Assembly (NCBI GenBank): GCA_963834385.1
Contig: CAWIBO010000002.1
Coordinates: forward strand, 1,024,001 to 1,088,000
Direction: 5' to 3'
DNA: 64,000 nucleotides
Origin: an uncultured Verrucomicrobiae bacterium
Lineage (GTDB): Bacteria; Verrucomicrobiota; Verrucomicrobiia; Chthoniobacterales; UBA10450
Positions within the stretch are counted from its first letter, which is position 1; the number at the start of each line of letters is the position of its first letter. Under the pieces are notes generated by a model, which saw nothing but the letters and a program-made list of their open reading frames with translations, had not been told where the DNA came from and made no database searches. Shown here piece after piece: positions 1 through 10,311 of the stretch. The position numbers and the translations under genes are program-made.

Positions 1-8
1 CCGAAGTC

Positions 9-1289
9 ATGCTCTCCCTCGCGGCGCAAGCCCTGACCAAGGCGGGTTTCGGAGAGAAGGTGCCGGCGGGCCTCGAGGCGCGAGGGCTCCGGTTTACCGC
101 GCCGCCGCGCCAGGGTTTCCTTCCGCGCTCAATCTTCGAGATTTTCGTCCCCGAGTACTGGACGCACAATTTCAAGTCGGGCGAGTCGTTGCGCGACAAG
201 ATCATCCTGATCGGAGCGGAAGGAAACTGGCAGCACGACGAGCATCTCACTCCCTTCGGCATCATGGCCGGGCCCGAGATTCACCTGAACGCGCTCAACG
301 CGGCGTTCCACGGGGAGTTTCTCAGCGAACTGCCCTTGCTGGCGGTGATTCAATTGACGACCGGCGCCGCTTTGGTTGCCGTCGTGCTGGCCCTGCTGGT
401 CCGTTCCCCATGGCTCCGGCCCTTCCTGCTCATCCTGCTCAACGCCGGCGCGGGCGGCTTTGCCCTCTACGCCTTTGACCATCTCGACATCTACATTCCG
501 CTGATTGGTCCCCTGGCCTGCCTGAACGCCGCCACCGTCTTCGGGCTGGTGGGAGACTTCGCCTTCGAGCGGGTCGAGAAAGGAAAAGTGCTGCGCACAC
601 TCGAGCGCTACGTTTCCTCGGATGTCGCCGAGCGCATGCTCAACCCTGACAGCTCTTACGAGCGCGCCCTTGGCGGCGTTTCCAAGCCGGTCACGATTCT
701 TTTCTCCGACGTGCGCGGTTTCTCCCGAATCGCCGCGGCCCGTGAGCCCCAGGTGCTCGTCGGACAGCTCAACGAGTATTTCACCGCCATGGTGGACTGC
801 GTCTTTCGTCATGGCGGAACGATCGACAAGTTCATCGGCGATGCCGTCATGGCCGTTTGGGGTAGCGTGCACACCGCGGGGCTCTCCGAGGACGCCGTCA
901 GCGCCTTGCACGCGGCCCTCGACATGGAACGGGAGCTGGCGCGCCTGAACCAGAACTGGCGCAAACGGGGCTGGCCCGAGCTGACCGTGGGCATCGCGAT
1001 CAACCACGGTGACGCGATTGTCGGCAATGTCGGGTCACCGAAGCGGATGGAGTTCACCGTCATCGGCGACGCCGTCAACGTGACCTGGAAACTGCAGGAG
1101 ATGACGAAGACAACAGGTTGTTCACCCCTCGTCAGCGCCTCGGTGCGGCAGCTCGCGGCAGAATTTTATGATTTCGACCTGGTCGATCGCTGCACTATCC
1201 CCGGCCTCTCCGGTGAAATAGAGATCTTTGCGCCGGGAGAACGCCTCGCCTCTTCCTCCGCCCAGGAGCTGGCCGAGGCCTCCGCCTGA
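9..1289 (+). CDS. CHASE2-domain class III adenylate/guanylate cyclase (probably 5'-truncated by the window edge)
   Basis: End of a CHASE2-like domain (KIILIG...TPFGIMAGPEIH), 3 TM helices, then cyclase motifs TILFSDVRGFS, IDKFIGDAVMA, EFTVIGDAVN. Confidence 0.9.
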   Translation: MLSLAAQALTKAGFGEKVPAGLEARGLRFTAPPRQGFLPRSIFEIFVPEYWTHNFKSGESLRDKIILIGAEGNWQHDEHLTPFGIMAGPEIHLNALNAAFHGEFLSELPLLAVIQLTTGAALVAVVLALLVRSPWLRPFLLILLNAGAGGFALYAFDHLDIYIPLIGPLACLNAATVFGLVGDFAFERVEKGKVLRTLERYVSSDVAERMLNPDSSYERALGGVSKPVTILFSDVRGFSRIAAAREPQVLVGQLNEYFTAMVDCVFRHGGTIDKFIGDAVMAVWGSVHTAGLSEDAVSALHAALDMERELARLNQNWRKRGWPELTVGIAINHGDAIVGNVGSPKRMEFTVIGDAVNVTWKLQEMTKTTGCSPLVSASVRQLAAEFYDFDLVDRCTIPGLSGEIEIFAPGERLASSSAQELAEASA

Positions 1290-1570
1290 GACCCGCTCAG
1301 GCCGCGCGCGCGGGCGGGGGCGCCTTGCGCTTGTCGCGCACATTCCGCATCTCCACTGTCTGGCGCGGGTGACAATTTTCGCACCAGTGCCGTTTGGAGG
1401 CTTCCAGCCGCGCGCGATGACCGCACTGGTCGCAAATGAAAAACTCCATCTTCACCCGGGGACGCTGCATGGCTTTTAGGCGCTACCATGGGAAATCGGG
1501 TTGCGCGAGGCAATTTTCCGTGGCGGCACCCGAAAAATCATGGCACAACTTCGGCTTCCTTCCCCCCGGA

Positions 1571-2086
1571 ATGAGATATCTCCCCCTTTTCCTCGGCCTG
1601 CTTCTGCTCGCGACCGCCCCGCTCCAGGGTGCCGGCCCCTTTCCCTCCACCGGGCCGGTGGTGCCGGGCCGCACCGCCAAACTAAAAGGCGGCATCGCCC
1701 ACGCGCCGGCCGAAGCGCCCTTGGCTGTGAAACGAGCCATCTGGGCGGCGAACCAGCTCCGCTCCAAACCATACCGCTACGGCGGAGGTCATCGCTCCTT
1801 TCGCGACAACGCCTATGATTGTTCCGGCACGGTTTCCTACGCGCTCGGCGCGGCCGGCCTGCTGAAGAGCCCGATCCCTTCGAGCGGTTTCCGTCTTTAC
1901 GGCAAATCGGGTCGCGGGAAATGGATCACGGTCTATGCGCGACGCGGACATACCTTTGCCGTGATCGCTGGTCTTCGCCTCGACACCACGCCGTTTAACG
2001 CCTGGCGCGGGCGGTGGGCTCCCCGCTGGTATCCCAATTACCGCCATCCCTCAGGATTCACGGCCCGACATCCGGCCGGCCTCTAA
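1571..2086 (+). CDS. Secreted NlpC/P60-like peptidoglycan endopeptidase
   Basis: Signal peptide MRYLPLFLGLLLLATAPLQG; PYRYGGGH, YDCSGTVSYAL (catalytic Cys) and GHTF (His). Start set at ATG 1571. Confidence 0.8.
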   Translation: MRYLPLFLGLLLLATAPLQGAGPFPSTGPVVPGRTAKLKGGIAHAPAEAPLAVKRAIWAANQLRSKPYRYGGGHRSFRDNAYDCSGTVSYALGAAGLLKSPIPSSGFRLYGKSGRGKWITVYARRGHTFAVIAGLRLDTTPFNAWRGRWAPRWYPNYRHPSGFTARHPAGL

Positions 2087-3646
2087 GCTTCGGATTTTCG
2101 CTCAGCTCGTCAAAGATGGACATGCGGAAGCATGTCCCTCCGGAGGGATGCGCTTCCGCGCGTCCAGAATGTTCCGGAGCTTTTGCCTCCGCGAGGAGCG
2201 GCGGATGGCGCGGCGCTAAAGTTTCAGACCGGTCACCCGTCTCCACCTGCCAGCGCTTGATCTCATCGGTCAACCGCGCCACCACTTCCCGGTTCTCCGG
2301 GAGATCAATCACGTTTTCCGTTTCCCATGGGTCCCGGTGCACTTGGTAAAGCTCGTTCAGATCGCGGTCACGCAGACTGAGCTTCCAGCCGTCGGCCGTT
2401 ACCACCATCCGGGTGGATTCCGCCAGCGCTTTTTTCGCCTCTTCCTTCGGCACCTGCGAGTCCCTCGCGAACTTCATCCGGTTGGGTGACCACTCGACAA
2501 AGGCAGGGCGAGACGGTTCTTCCTCACCGTTGAGCAGGGGAAGAAGGCTGCGGCCGACACATTGTCCGCCGGCGCGCCGCCGAGCAGGTCAAGCAGAGTG
2601 GGAAGGAAATCGATGTGACTGACCGGGTGGGAGACGCGCCGGCCCGGCTCACCGGGCAACCGCAGGAGCCAGGGCACCCGCACGGAAGGGTCGAACATGA
2701 CTTCTTTGCCGAAAAGATGATGGCCGCCCAGCATGTCGCCGTGGTCGCTCGTGTGCACCACGATCGTCCGCCCGGCGTTGCCGGTTTCCTCCAGGCAACG
2801 CAGGATCCCGCCGATGCTCTGGTCGACCAGCGTGATCAGGCCGTAATAACGGCGCCGAATCTCGCGGTAATCTTCCCGCGTCAGCCCGAAGTAAAGAACA
2901 TTGGCCCCTTCCTCGTGGCCCTCGATCGCCTCGGTCCGCTGCCATTCGCGCATGAGGCGGTATCGCAGGGGAATGTCCTCCCGCGGAGGCGCCTCGGCCG
3001 TGGGATCGAGTTCAATCCCGGCCGCGTCATGCTCGTCGTTCAACGGCCCGTTGTAGGGCGAATGCGGCTCAACAAACGCGACAAAGAGGATAAAGGGGCG
3101 GTCCCGGTGCTGCCGGATAAACTCGCACGCGTGTTCTTCCAGGAACCGCGGCTTGGAAAGTTCCGCCGGCAGGGTGCTGACCTTCCGCCGCGAAAAAGTC
3201 TTGTTGGAACGATCGGGCTGGATGCCCTGCCCGAGCAGATATTGCTGGTAGTCGCTCACCTTTTCCGTCGAGACCCACTGGGTGAACCCCCGTTGCGCGG
3301 AAGAATTGTCGCCCAGATGCCATTTTCCGAAGTAGGCGGCGGTGTAGTCAGGGTCGTCCAGAAGCTCCGGCAAACCCCGGAACTCCGCCCCCAGCACCTC
3401 GTTGTTTCGCGTGCAGCCGGTCTGGTGAGGCCAGCGCCCCGACATCAGTGAAGCCCGCGACGGGGTGCAAACGGGCTGGGTGACGTAGGCGCGCTCAAAG
3501 ACCACGGACTCGGCCGCGAGGCGGTTCAGGTTTGGCGCGTGGACTTTATCGTTGCCGTAGGCCGCCAGGGTGTCAAAACGCTGCTGGTCGGGCAGAAAGA
3601 CGACCAGGTTCGGTTTCCGGGGCAATTGTGCTGCGTTCCAGGCCAT
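2058..3646 (-). CDS. Sulfatase (formylglycine type), frameshifted near 2560
   Basis: [17 protein letters not shown] (CxPxR), [16 protein letters not shown]; after the shift continues GRSLLPLL...[15 protein letters not shown]. 3' end uncertain. Confidence 0.85.
2118..2165. repeat. REP-like palindrome doublet (two inverted 24-nt units)
   Basis: GGACATGC-GGAA-GCATGTCC-CTCC directly followed by GGAG-GGATGCGC-TTCC-GCGCGTCC; each unit is a hairpin and the units are near reverse complements. Confidence 0.65.
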
Positions 3647-3751
3647 AAATCGGTCCTAGCAGCTACATCTGACCGGCTTCCCATGCGAGCGCGAAGAATC
3701 CCCCGTGGCCACTCGCGTCCCCGCGGTTTCTGGCTATGTTTTGGCTCCCAC

Positions 3752-4516
3752 ATGAGCGAACTCGTTATCAATAACCTCCATGTCTCCATCGGCGAACAGG
3801 AGATCATCCGCGGCCTGACCCTTTCCGTGCCCCGCGGGGAAGTCCACGCCATCATGGGGCCGAACGGCTCCGGCAAGAGCACCCTGGCCAAGATCATTGC
3901 CGGCCACCCGGATTACACGGTCACCAGCGGCGAAGTCCTGATGGACGGCGAAAACGTTCTCGAACTGGAGGCCGACCAGCGTGCGCGCCAGGGCATTTTC
4001 CTCGCCTTCCAGTATCCCAGCGAAATTCCGGGCGTTTCCATCGCCAATTTCCTCCGCGCCGCGGTGCAGGCCCGGCTGCCGGACGGGGAGGAGCTCGAGG
4101 CGACGGATTATTACGCGAAGCTTTACGAGAAAATGGACCTGCTCGAGATGGACCGATCCTTCACCTCGCGCTCGGTCAACGAAGGGTTCTCCGGCGGGGA
4201 AAAGAAGCGGAACGAGATTCTCCAGCTGGCCATGCTCGAGCCGAAATACGCCGTGCTCGACGAGACGGACAGCGGCCTCGACATCGACGCCCTGAAGGTC
4301 GTGGCCAACGGCGTCAACACCCTGCGCGGCCCGAACCTCGGCATCCTCCTGATCACCCACTACCAGCGCCTCTTGAACTACATTGTGCCCGATCACGTCC
4401 ACGTCATGGTCCAGGGGCGTATCGTCCGGAGCGGCGGCAAGGAACTGGCCCTCGAGCTGGAAGAGAAAGGCTACGACTGGATCAGGGAAGAGCGGCGCGA
4501 ACCTGCGGTGGCTTGA
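3752..4516 (+). CDS. sufC: Fe-S cluster assembly ATPase SufC
   Basis: [56 protein letters not shown]. Confidence 0.97.
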   Translation: MSELVINNLHVSIGEQEIIRGLTLSVPRGEVHAIMGPNGSGKSTLAKIIAGHPDYTVTSGEVLMDGENVLELEADQRARQGIFLAFQYPSEIPGVSIANFLRAAVQARLPDGEELEATDYYAKLYEKMDLLEMDRSFTSRSVNEGFSGGEKKRNEILQLAMLEPKYAVLDETDSGLDIDALKVVANGVNTLRGPNLGILLITHYQRLLNYIVPDHVHVMVQGRIVRSGGKELALELEEKGYDWIREERREPAVA

Positions 4517-4520
4517 AATT

Positions 4521-5930
4521 ATGAAGACACAGACATCCCCCCTCGAGATTGAACGGAACAAGGGCGATTTTCGCTATGATGTGCCGGCTTTGCACGACGC
4601 CGGCGTCGGCCTGACGGAGGACACGGTCCACTTCATTTCCAATATCAAGGAGGACCCGGACTGGGTCCGCGAGTTCCGGCTGAACGGGTACCGCACCTTT
4701 CTGAGCAAGCCGATGCCGACGCATTGGGCGAGCAAGGACCTGGAAAGCATCGTTTTCGACAAGATCCGCTACTATCTGAGCAGCGGGACCCAGCCGAAAC
4801 GGAGCTGGGACGATGTCCCGGAAGACGTGAAGCGGACTTTCGAGCGGCTCGGCATCCCGGAGCAGGAACGAAAATTCCTCGCGGGCGTGGAGGCGCAGTT
4901 CGACAGCGAGGCGGTCTATTCCAACATCAAGGCCGCGGTCGGCGAACAAGGGGTCATCTTTGTCGGCTCGACCGAGGGCCTGAAGAATCACCCCGAGATT
5001 TTCCGGAAGTGGTTCGGCAAGGTCATCCCGACGGGCGACAACAAGTTCAGCGCGCTGAACTCGGCTGTCTTCAGCGGGGGTTCATTCATCTATGTCCCGC
5101 CCGGGGTGAAGGTGAAGCACCCGCTCCAGGCTTATTTCCGGATCAACGCCGAGAACTTCGGGCAGTTCGAGCGGACCCTGATCATCGCCGACGAAGGCTC
5201 GGAAGTGACCTACATGGAAGGGTGCACCGCGCCGAAGTTCAACACCGCCACCCTGCACAGCGCGGTGGTGGAGCTGGTCGCGCTGAAGGGCGCCAAGATC
5301 CAGTACATCACGGTGCAAAACTGGTCGAACAACGTCTTCAACCTGGTGACCAAACGCGGCCTGGCCCACGAAGAGGCCGAGGTGAAATGGATCGATTGCA
5401 ACATCGGTTCCCGTCTGACGATGAAATATCCGGGCGTGGTCATGAAAGGCCGCAAGGCCCGCGGCGAAGTGCTTTCCATCGCGCTGGCCGGCGACGGCCA
5501 GCACCAGGATACCGGCGCCAAGATGGTGCACGCCGCGGATGAAACCACTTCCAACATCATTTCGAAATCGATCTCGATCGGGACCGGACGGGCCACTTAT
5601 CGCGGCCTGGTGCATGTCCCGAAGCACCTGAAGAACTGCAAGAACAACACCGAGTGCGATGCCCTTCTCATCAACGCCAACAGCCGGACCGACACCTACC
5701 CGGCAATCACGGTCCGCGGCACCGGCAACGCCGTCCAGCACGAGGCCAGCGTCAGCCAGGTCAGCGCGGAGCAGATCTTCTACATGCAGCAGCGCGGTCT
5801 CTCCGAGGCCCAGGCCATGAGCCTGAGCGTGAATGGTTTCGTCAACGACCTCGTCCGCCAATTCCCCATGGAATACAGCGTGGAGCTCAAGCGCCTGATC
5901 GAGCTTGAGATGGAGGGATCTGTCGGCTAA
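4521..5930 (+). CDS. sufB: Fe-S cluster assembly protein SufB
   Basis: [42 protein letters not shown]-terminal EMEGSVG. Confidence 0.97.
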   Translation: MKTQTSPLEIERNKGDFRYDVPALHDAGVGLTEDTVHFISNIKEDPDWVREFRLNGYRTFLSKPMPTHWASKDLESIVFDKIRYYLSSGTQPKRSWDDVPEDVKRTFERLGIPEQERKFLAGVEAQFDSEAVYSNIKAAVGEQGVIFVGSTEGLKNHPEIFRKWFGKVIPTGDNKFSALNSAVFSGGSFIYVPPGVKVKHPLQAYFRINAENFGQFERTLIIADEGSEVTYMEGCTAPKFNTATLHSAVVELVALKGAKIQYITVQNWSNNVFNLVTKRGLAHEEAEVKWIDCNIGSRLTMKYPGVVMKGRKARGEVLSIALAGDGQHQDTGAKMVHAADETTSNIISKSISIGTGRATYRGLVHVPKHLKNCKNNTECDALLINANSRTDTYPAITVRGTGNAVQHEASVSQVSAEQIFYMQQRGLSEAQAMSLSVNGFVNDLVRQFPMEYSVELKRLIELEMEGSVG

Positions 5931-5999
5931 TTTCCGCCGCCACAAGCACGCACGGTCGCGGCGGTCTCCCGGCCGCCGTTTGCGTCTCTGGAGCGAACC

Positions 6000-7355
6000 A
6001 TGAGTAACGACACAGCCGTTCTTGAACCACCCATGTCTGAGGAACGGAGCCCGCAAAGCAATCCCATCCTGGCTCCGGCCGGGGCGGCTCCGCATTTGCC
6101 CGCCTGGTTTGCCGAGCGGCAGCAGGCCGCCTGGGCGCGTTTCGAGGCGACTCCCGCCCCCGCGCGCAAGGAGCAGGCGTGGCGCTTCTCCAACGTCGAC
6201 GCCTTTGATCTCGCTCCCTGGCAGGATGCGGCCAAACCGGCGGCGGCGGTCGCGGGTGAATTGATTGATCGGTCGGTCGGTCTCGAGGAGACGGCGGCCC
6301 GGCTTGTTTTCGGGGACGACCACCTTCTCCAGCGCGATGCCGGTTCCCTGGGCGAACGGGGCGTCATCGTTCAGCCGCTCGAACGGGCGCTGGTTGAGCA
6401 TGAAGACCTTATCCGCCGCCATTTCATGTCGGAGCCTGCGATTCTTGGCGGAGCCCGGTTCGCCGCCCTGCACGAGGCCCGGGTGCGCTCCGGCGTTTTT
6501 ATCCACGTTCCGCGCGGGGTCACCCTCGAGGTTCCCATCGAGATCTTCCATTGGCTGCACGCCCCCAATTCCGCCGTCTTCCCGCACCTTCTGCTTGTCG
6601 CGGATGAGATGGCCCGGGTCACGGTGGTCGAACATTTCCGGTCGGCCGCCCCGGGCACGCCGGGCTTTTCCTGCGGGGTAAACGATCTGATCGCCGGCCC
6701 GGGCGCCCGGATCACCTACGCCTGTTTCCAGGATTGGGGCCGCGACGTCGTGGCCCTCCAGCTCAATACCACCACGGTCGAGCGCGATGCGGTCGCGACC
6801 AGCCTGAACCTGAACCTGGGCAGCCGCGTGTCGCGTTTCGAGAGCCTGAGCAAGCTGGCCGGCGAAAATTCGCGCAGCGACATGCTGGCCATCTCCGTGG
6901 CCGACGGCAAACAGGAGTTCGACGCGCGCACCCTGCAGGATCATGTTTCGCCGCACGCCACCAGCGATCTCCTTTTCAAGAACGCGCTCCAGGACCGCGC
7001 CCGCTGCACCTTCGGCGGTCTGATCCGGGTGGAACCGCACGCGCATTTCACCGACGCCTACCAGAAGGTTCGCAACCTTCTGCTGAGCGACGATGCCGAG
7101 GCCAACTCCATGCCCGGACTCGAGATCCTGGCCGATAACGTGAAGTGCAGCCATGGCGCCACCTCCGGGCAGATCGACGAGAGCGAGATGTTCTACCTGC
7201 TCTCCCGCGGAATTTCCTTGCCGGTGGCCCGCCACCTTCTTGTCTCCGGGTTCCTCAATGAGGTCGTGCAACGGCTCGACAACCCAAGGGTGGCCGAAAA
7301 AGTGCGCGAGCTGATCGAGGAAAAATTCGAACGTCACCGCGCGGTGGTGCTCTGA
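6000..7355 (+). CDS. sufD: Fe-S cluster assembly protein SufD
   Basis: EQAWRFS, AYQKVRNLLLSDDAEANSMPGLEILADNVKCSHGATSGQID; follows sufB. Confidence 0.95.
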   Translation: MSNDTAVLEPPMSEERSPQSNPILAPAGAAPHLPAWFAERQQAAWARFEATPAPARKEQAWRFSNVDAFDLAPWQDAAKPAAAVAGELIDRSVGLEETAARLVFGDDHLLQRDAGSLGERGVIVQPLERALVEHEDLIRRHFMSEPAILGGARFAALHEARVRSGVFIHVPRGVTLEVPIEIFHWLHAPNSAVFPHLLLVADEMARVTVVEHFRSAAPGTPGFSCGVNDLIAGPGARITYACFQDWGRDVVALQLNTTTVERDAVATSLNLNLGSRVSRFESLSKLAGENSRSDMLAISVADGKQEFDARTLQDHVSPHATSDLLFKNALQDRARCTFGGLIRVEPHAHFTDAYQKVRNLLLSDDAEANSMPGLEILADNVKCSHGATSGQIDESEMFYLLSRGISLPVARHLLVSGFLNEVVQRLDNPRVAEKVRELIEEKFERHRAVVL

Positions 7356-7445
7356 GCGTGGCCTGCGCCGGCCCCTGCAGACACCTGCTGAAAGACGTGC
7401 CGGGCGATATTTACACCCCGTGGGAGCAGGCGGGATATTTCCACG

Positions 7446-9206
7446 ATGATGCGTCCTCAACCTGAGCCCCGTGCACGGAACATCTCGCGACGTCGTCTTT
7501 GGCGCGACGGCTTTACCCTTGGTCTCCTGATGGGCGCCCTGCCCTTGGCGCCCGCCCTGGCCCAGCGGACAGCAGTTGAAACCAGGGAAGCCATGGTTGT
7601 CTCCGGACACGAACTGGCCTCAGCCGCCGGAGTTGAGATCCTGAGAAAGGGCGGCAACGCCATTGATGCTGCCGTGGCCACCGGTTTTGCCCTCGCCGCG
7701 GTCTACCCTTTTTCCGGCAACCTCGGGGGCGGAGGGTTCATGCTCATCCACCTCGCTGACGGGCGCGAGCTCGCCCTCGACTACCGCGAGACCGCGCCCC
7801 GCGCCGCCGGGAAGGAAATGTTCCTTGGCCCCGACGGCCACGTTTCGCCCGGCGCCTCGACCCTTGGCTGGCGGGCCAGCGGTGTGCCCGGCACGGTGGC
7901 CGGGTTCGCCCACGCGCAGAAGAACTTCGGCTCGGGCAAGGTTTCCTGGCGCGACGTGATCGAGCCGGCGCGCCGGCTGGCGGCCAACGGCCACACGGTG
8001 TCGGCGGACGAGACGGAACGCTATCGCAAGCACGCGAAAGTGCTCGAACCGTTCACCGAGTCCCGCCGTCTCTATCTGAAAGAGGGCGCCTTCTGGAAGC
8101 CCGGCGACGTTTTCAAACAACCGGAGCTGGCCGCCACCCTCGCACGGCTGCAGAAGGAAGGACCGCGCGAGTTTTACGAGGGAAAAACAGCGGAACTGAT
8201 CGCCGGAGCCATGAAGGAGAACGGCGGCACGATCACTCTGTCCGATCTGAAGGATTACAAGGTGGTCGAACGCGAGCCGCTGCGCGGGAGTTATCGCGGC
8301 CACGAAATCGTCACCATGCCACTGCCGAGCTCCGGCGGGATCGCCCTCCTGCAAATGCTGGGGATGCTGGAGCCTTTTCCCGTCTCCCGTTTCGGGCACA
8401 ACGGCGCCGAAAAATATCACCTTTTTACCGAGGTAATGCGCCGCGCTTTCCGCGACCGGACGGAGCACCCGGGCGACCCCGCCTTCGTCAAGGTGCCCGT
8501 GGCTGGCCTGCTCGCGCCCGGTTACCTCGCCGGCTTGATGAAAAATTTCGACCCGGACAAGGCTACTCCCAGCAAAGGGCTGGCCGCGGGCCGGCCCGCG
8601 GAAGCAAACGAGACCACGCATTTCTCGACGGTGGACGCGGCCGGCAATGCGGTGGCCAATACTTACACGCTCAACGGCGCCTTTGGCAGCGGGGTCACCA
8701 TCCCCGGCACCGGCATCCTGATGAACAACGAGATGGACGACTTCACCGCCAAGGTCGGCGTGATGAACGCCTACGACCTGTTGCAGGGGGAACAGAATGC
8801 CATCGCCCCGGGCAAGCGTCCGCTTTCCTCCATGACGCCCACCATGGTCTTTCGGGAGGGAAAACTTTTACTGGTCACGGGCAGCCCGGGCGGCCCGACG
8901 ATTATCAGCACCGTGCTGCAGGTCATCACCAACGTGATCGATCACGGGATGCCGGTGATGGCGGCGGTCGAAGCGCCCCGCATCCATCACCAGTGGATGC
9001 CGGACGAAATCACGCATGAGCGTTACGGCATGTCCCCCGAGACCATGGAAAAACTGCGTGCGCTGGGTCACAAAGTGAGGCAGCGCGAAAGTTACGAGGG
9101 CCAGTATCAGGGCGATGCCGAAACCATCGCCATCGATGCCCAAACCGGTCGTCGCCTGGGCGCGGCCGACCCGCGCAAAGGCGATTCCGCCGCCCTCGGG
9201 TTTTGA
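7446..9206 (+). CDS. ggt: Gamma-glutamyltransferase, exported (Tat-like SRRRL leader)
   Basis: GGNAIDAAVA, GGGGFM, DYRETAP, nucleophile ETTHFS, NNEMDDF, PGKRPLSSMTP. Confidence 0.95.
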   Translation: MMRPQPEPRARNISRRRLWRDGFTLGLLMGALPLAPALAQRTAVETREAMVVSGHELASAAGVEILRKGGNAIDAAVATGFALAAVYPFSGNLGGGGFMLIHLADGRELALDYRETAPRAAGKEMFLGPDGHVSPGASTLGWRASGVPGTVAGFAHAQKNFGSGKVSWRDVIEPARRLAANGHTVSADETERYRKHAKVLEPFTESRRLYLKEGAFWKPGDVFKQPELAATLARLQKEGPREFYEGKTAELIAGAMKENGGTITLSDLKDYKVVEREPLRGSYRGHEIVTMPLPSSGGIALLQMLGMLEPFPVSRFGHNGAEKYHLFTEVMRRAFRDRTEHPGDPAFVKVPVAGLLAPGYLAGLMKNFDPDKATPSKGLAAGRPAEANETTHFSTVDAAGNAVANTYTLNGAFGSGVTIPGTGILMNNEMDDFTAKVGVMNAYDLLQGEQNAIAPGKRPLSSMTPTMVFREGKLLLVTGSPGGPTIISTVLQVITNVIDHGMPVMAAVEAPRIHHQWMPDEITHERYGMSPETMEKLRALGHKVRQRESYEGQYQGDAETIAIDAQTGRRLGAADPRKGDSAALGF

Positions 9207-9238
9207 GCAGGCGTCCGGGCCCCCGCGGATAAGCGCTG

Positions 9239-10267
9239 CTATTTCTCGGCGTAGCTTTTAACGATGGCCGCGGCGGTTTCCCGCACCCGCCGCGCCAGTT
9301 CCGCCGGCTCCAGCACCTTGACATGCGCACCCCAGCTCAGGATCCACCGCTCAATTTCCTCCAGGCCGCCCAGTTGCATCTCCAGGATCAGGCCGCCGTT
9401 CTTCTCCAGCCGGATGCGCTGCGATTCATGCCAGGTGCGTTCCGCCACAAGGCGCCCGGCAAAGGCGTCGAAATGAAGGCGGATCCGGTTCTTCCGTCCC
9501 CCGGCAAAAACGCCGAAGCTTCCGCTCAGCACCCGTGAGATGGAAAAGTCCGACGGCCGCGTAAACCGGCGGGGCGTCAGCCGCAGGTGGCGGATACGGG
9601 GCAGGGCGAAGGTGCGCAACTGCTGACGGTCCGCGTCCTCCGCGAAGAGATACCATTGGTGCTCGAGGGAGGCGAGGTGATAGGGACGCGCCACGCGCGG
9701 TTCAAAGCGGCTGCTTTTCAGGCCGCGATATTCGAACTCCACCTCGACCGAACGCATGACGGCGCGACTCGCCAGTTCAAACAATTCCAGGTCGGCCACA
9801 CTCGCCCCGACGCTGCGGAAGGAGATGGCCTCGTCCAGGTCGGCCCAGGAAAACGAAACCCGGTCGGCCAGGCTGCCGGTTAGCTTCGAGAAAGCCGTGT
9901 GGAGCGGCTTCTCGAACGGTGTGCCCCGGTATTGCGCCAGCGCCTTTTCCGCCACGAAAAGCGCGGCCACCTCGCCCTCGGACACTTCCACGCTGGGAAA
10001 GGCGGAGACCGGCTCGGTGTAATAGAAGCCGAAACGCAGCGGATCATACTCGATCGGCAGGCCGAGCTGGTCGCGCATGAAATCGATGTCGCGCTGGATC
10101 GTCTTGGGCGACACCTCCAGCTCGGCCGCGACCTTGCGGCAGTTGGGAAAGCGTCGCGCCTTCAACTGCGAGTGGAGCTGCATCATGCGGTAGAGCGGGG
10201 GACGCGAAGCGGTGCCCCGGCCGGAGGGAGCCGGGAGCGGCCCCGAAACTTTTTTGGAAATCTTCAT
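9239..10267 (-). CDS. wHTH-WYL-WCX transcriptional regulator (PafB/PafC/DriD-like)
   Basis: HTH VAAELEVSPKTIQRDIDFMRD; WYL domain PYHL...QWYL...RTFALPRI; WCX ERWILSWGAHVKVLEPAEL. Confidence 0.93.
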   Translation of the reverse strand: MKISKKVSGPLPAPSGRGTASRPPLYRMMQLHSQLKARRFPNCRKVAAELEVSPKTIQRDIDFMRDQLGLPIEYDPLRFGFYYTEPVSAFPSVEVSEGEVAALFVAEKALAQYRGTPFEKPLHTAFSKLTGSLADRVSFSWADLDEAISFRSVGASVADLELFELASRAVMRSVEVEFEYRGLKSSRFEPRVARPYHLASLEHQWYLFAEDADRQQLRTFALPRIRHLRLTPRRFTRPSDFSISRVLSGSFGVFAGGRKNRIRLHFDAFAGRLVAERTWHESQRIRLEKNGGLILEMQLGGLEEIERWILSWGAHVKVLEPAELARRVRETAAAIVKSYAEK

Positions 10268-10273
10268 GTGTAG

Positions 10274-10305
10274 GACAGTCAATGTCTCACCCCCGGTGGC
10301 AAATT
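10274..10305 (+). promoter_or_regulatory. Putative WYL-regulator operator and promoter of the microprotein gene
   Basis: GACA-N5-TGTC palindrome (10274-10286); TGTCTC-N11-CAAATT-N6-ATG geometry. Confidence 0.5.
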
Positions 10306-10311
10306 GCACGC

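Noticed and set aside
1410..1470. Loose similarity to ZTP or c-di-AMP riboswitch motifs
   Set aside because: Core conserved nucleotides and the pseudoknot partner are missing.
5082..7610. 842-aa minus-strand ORF opposite sufB/sufD
   Set aside because: Antisense shadow of GC-biased genes; no recognisable motifs.
9239..10267. WYL gene as a marker of an anti-phage defence island
   Set aside because: Neighbours are ggt, a CBS protein and pyr genes; no defence genes are adjacent.
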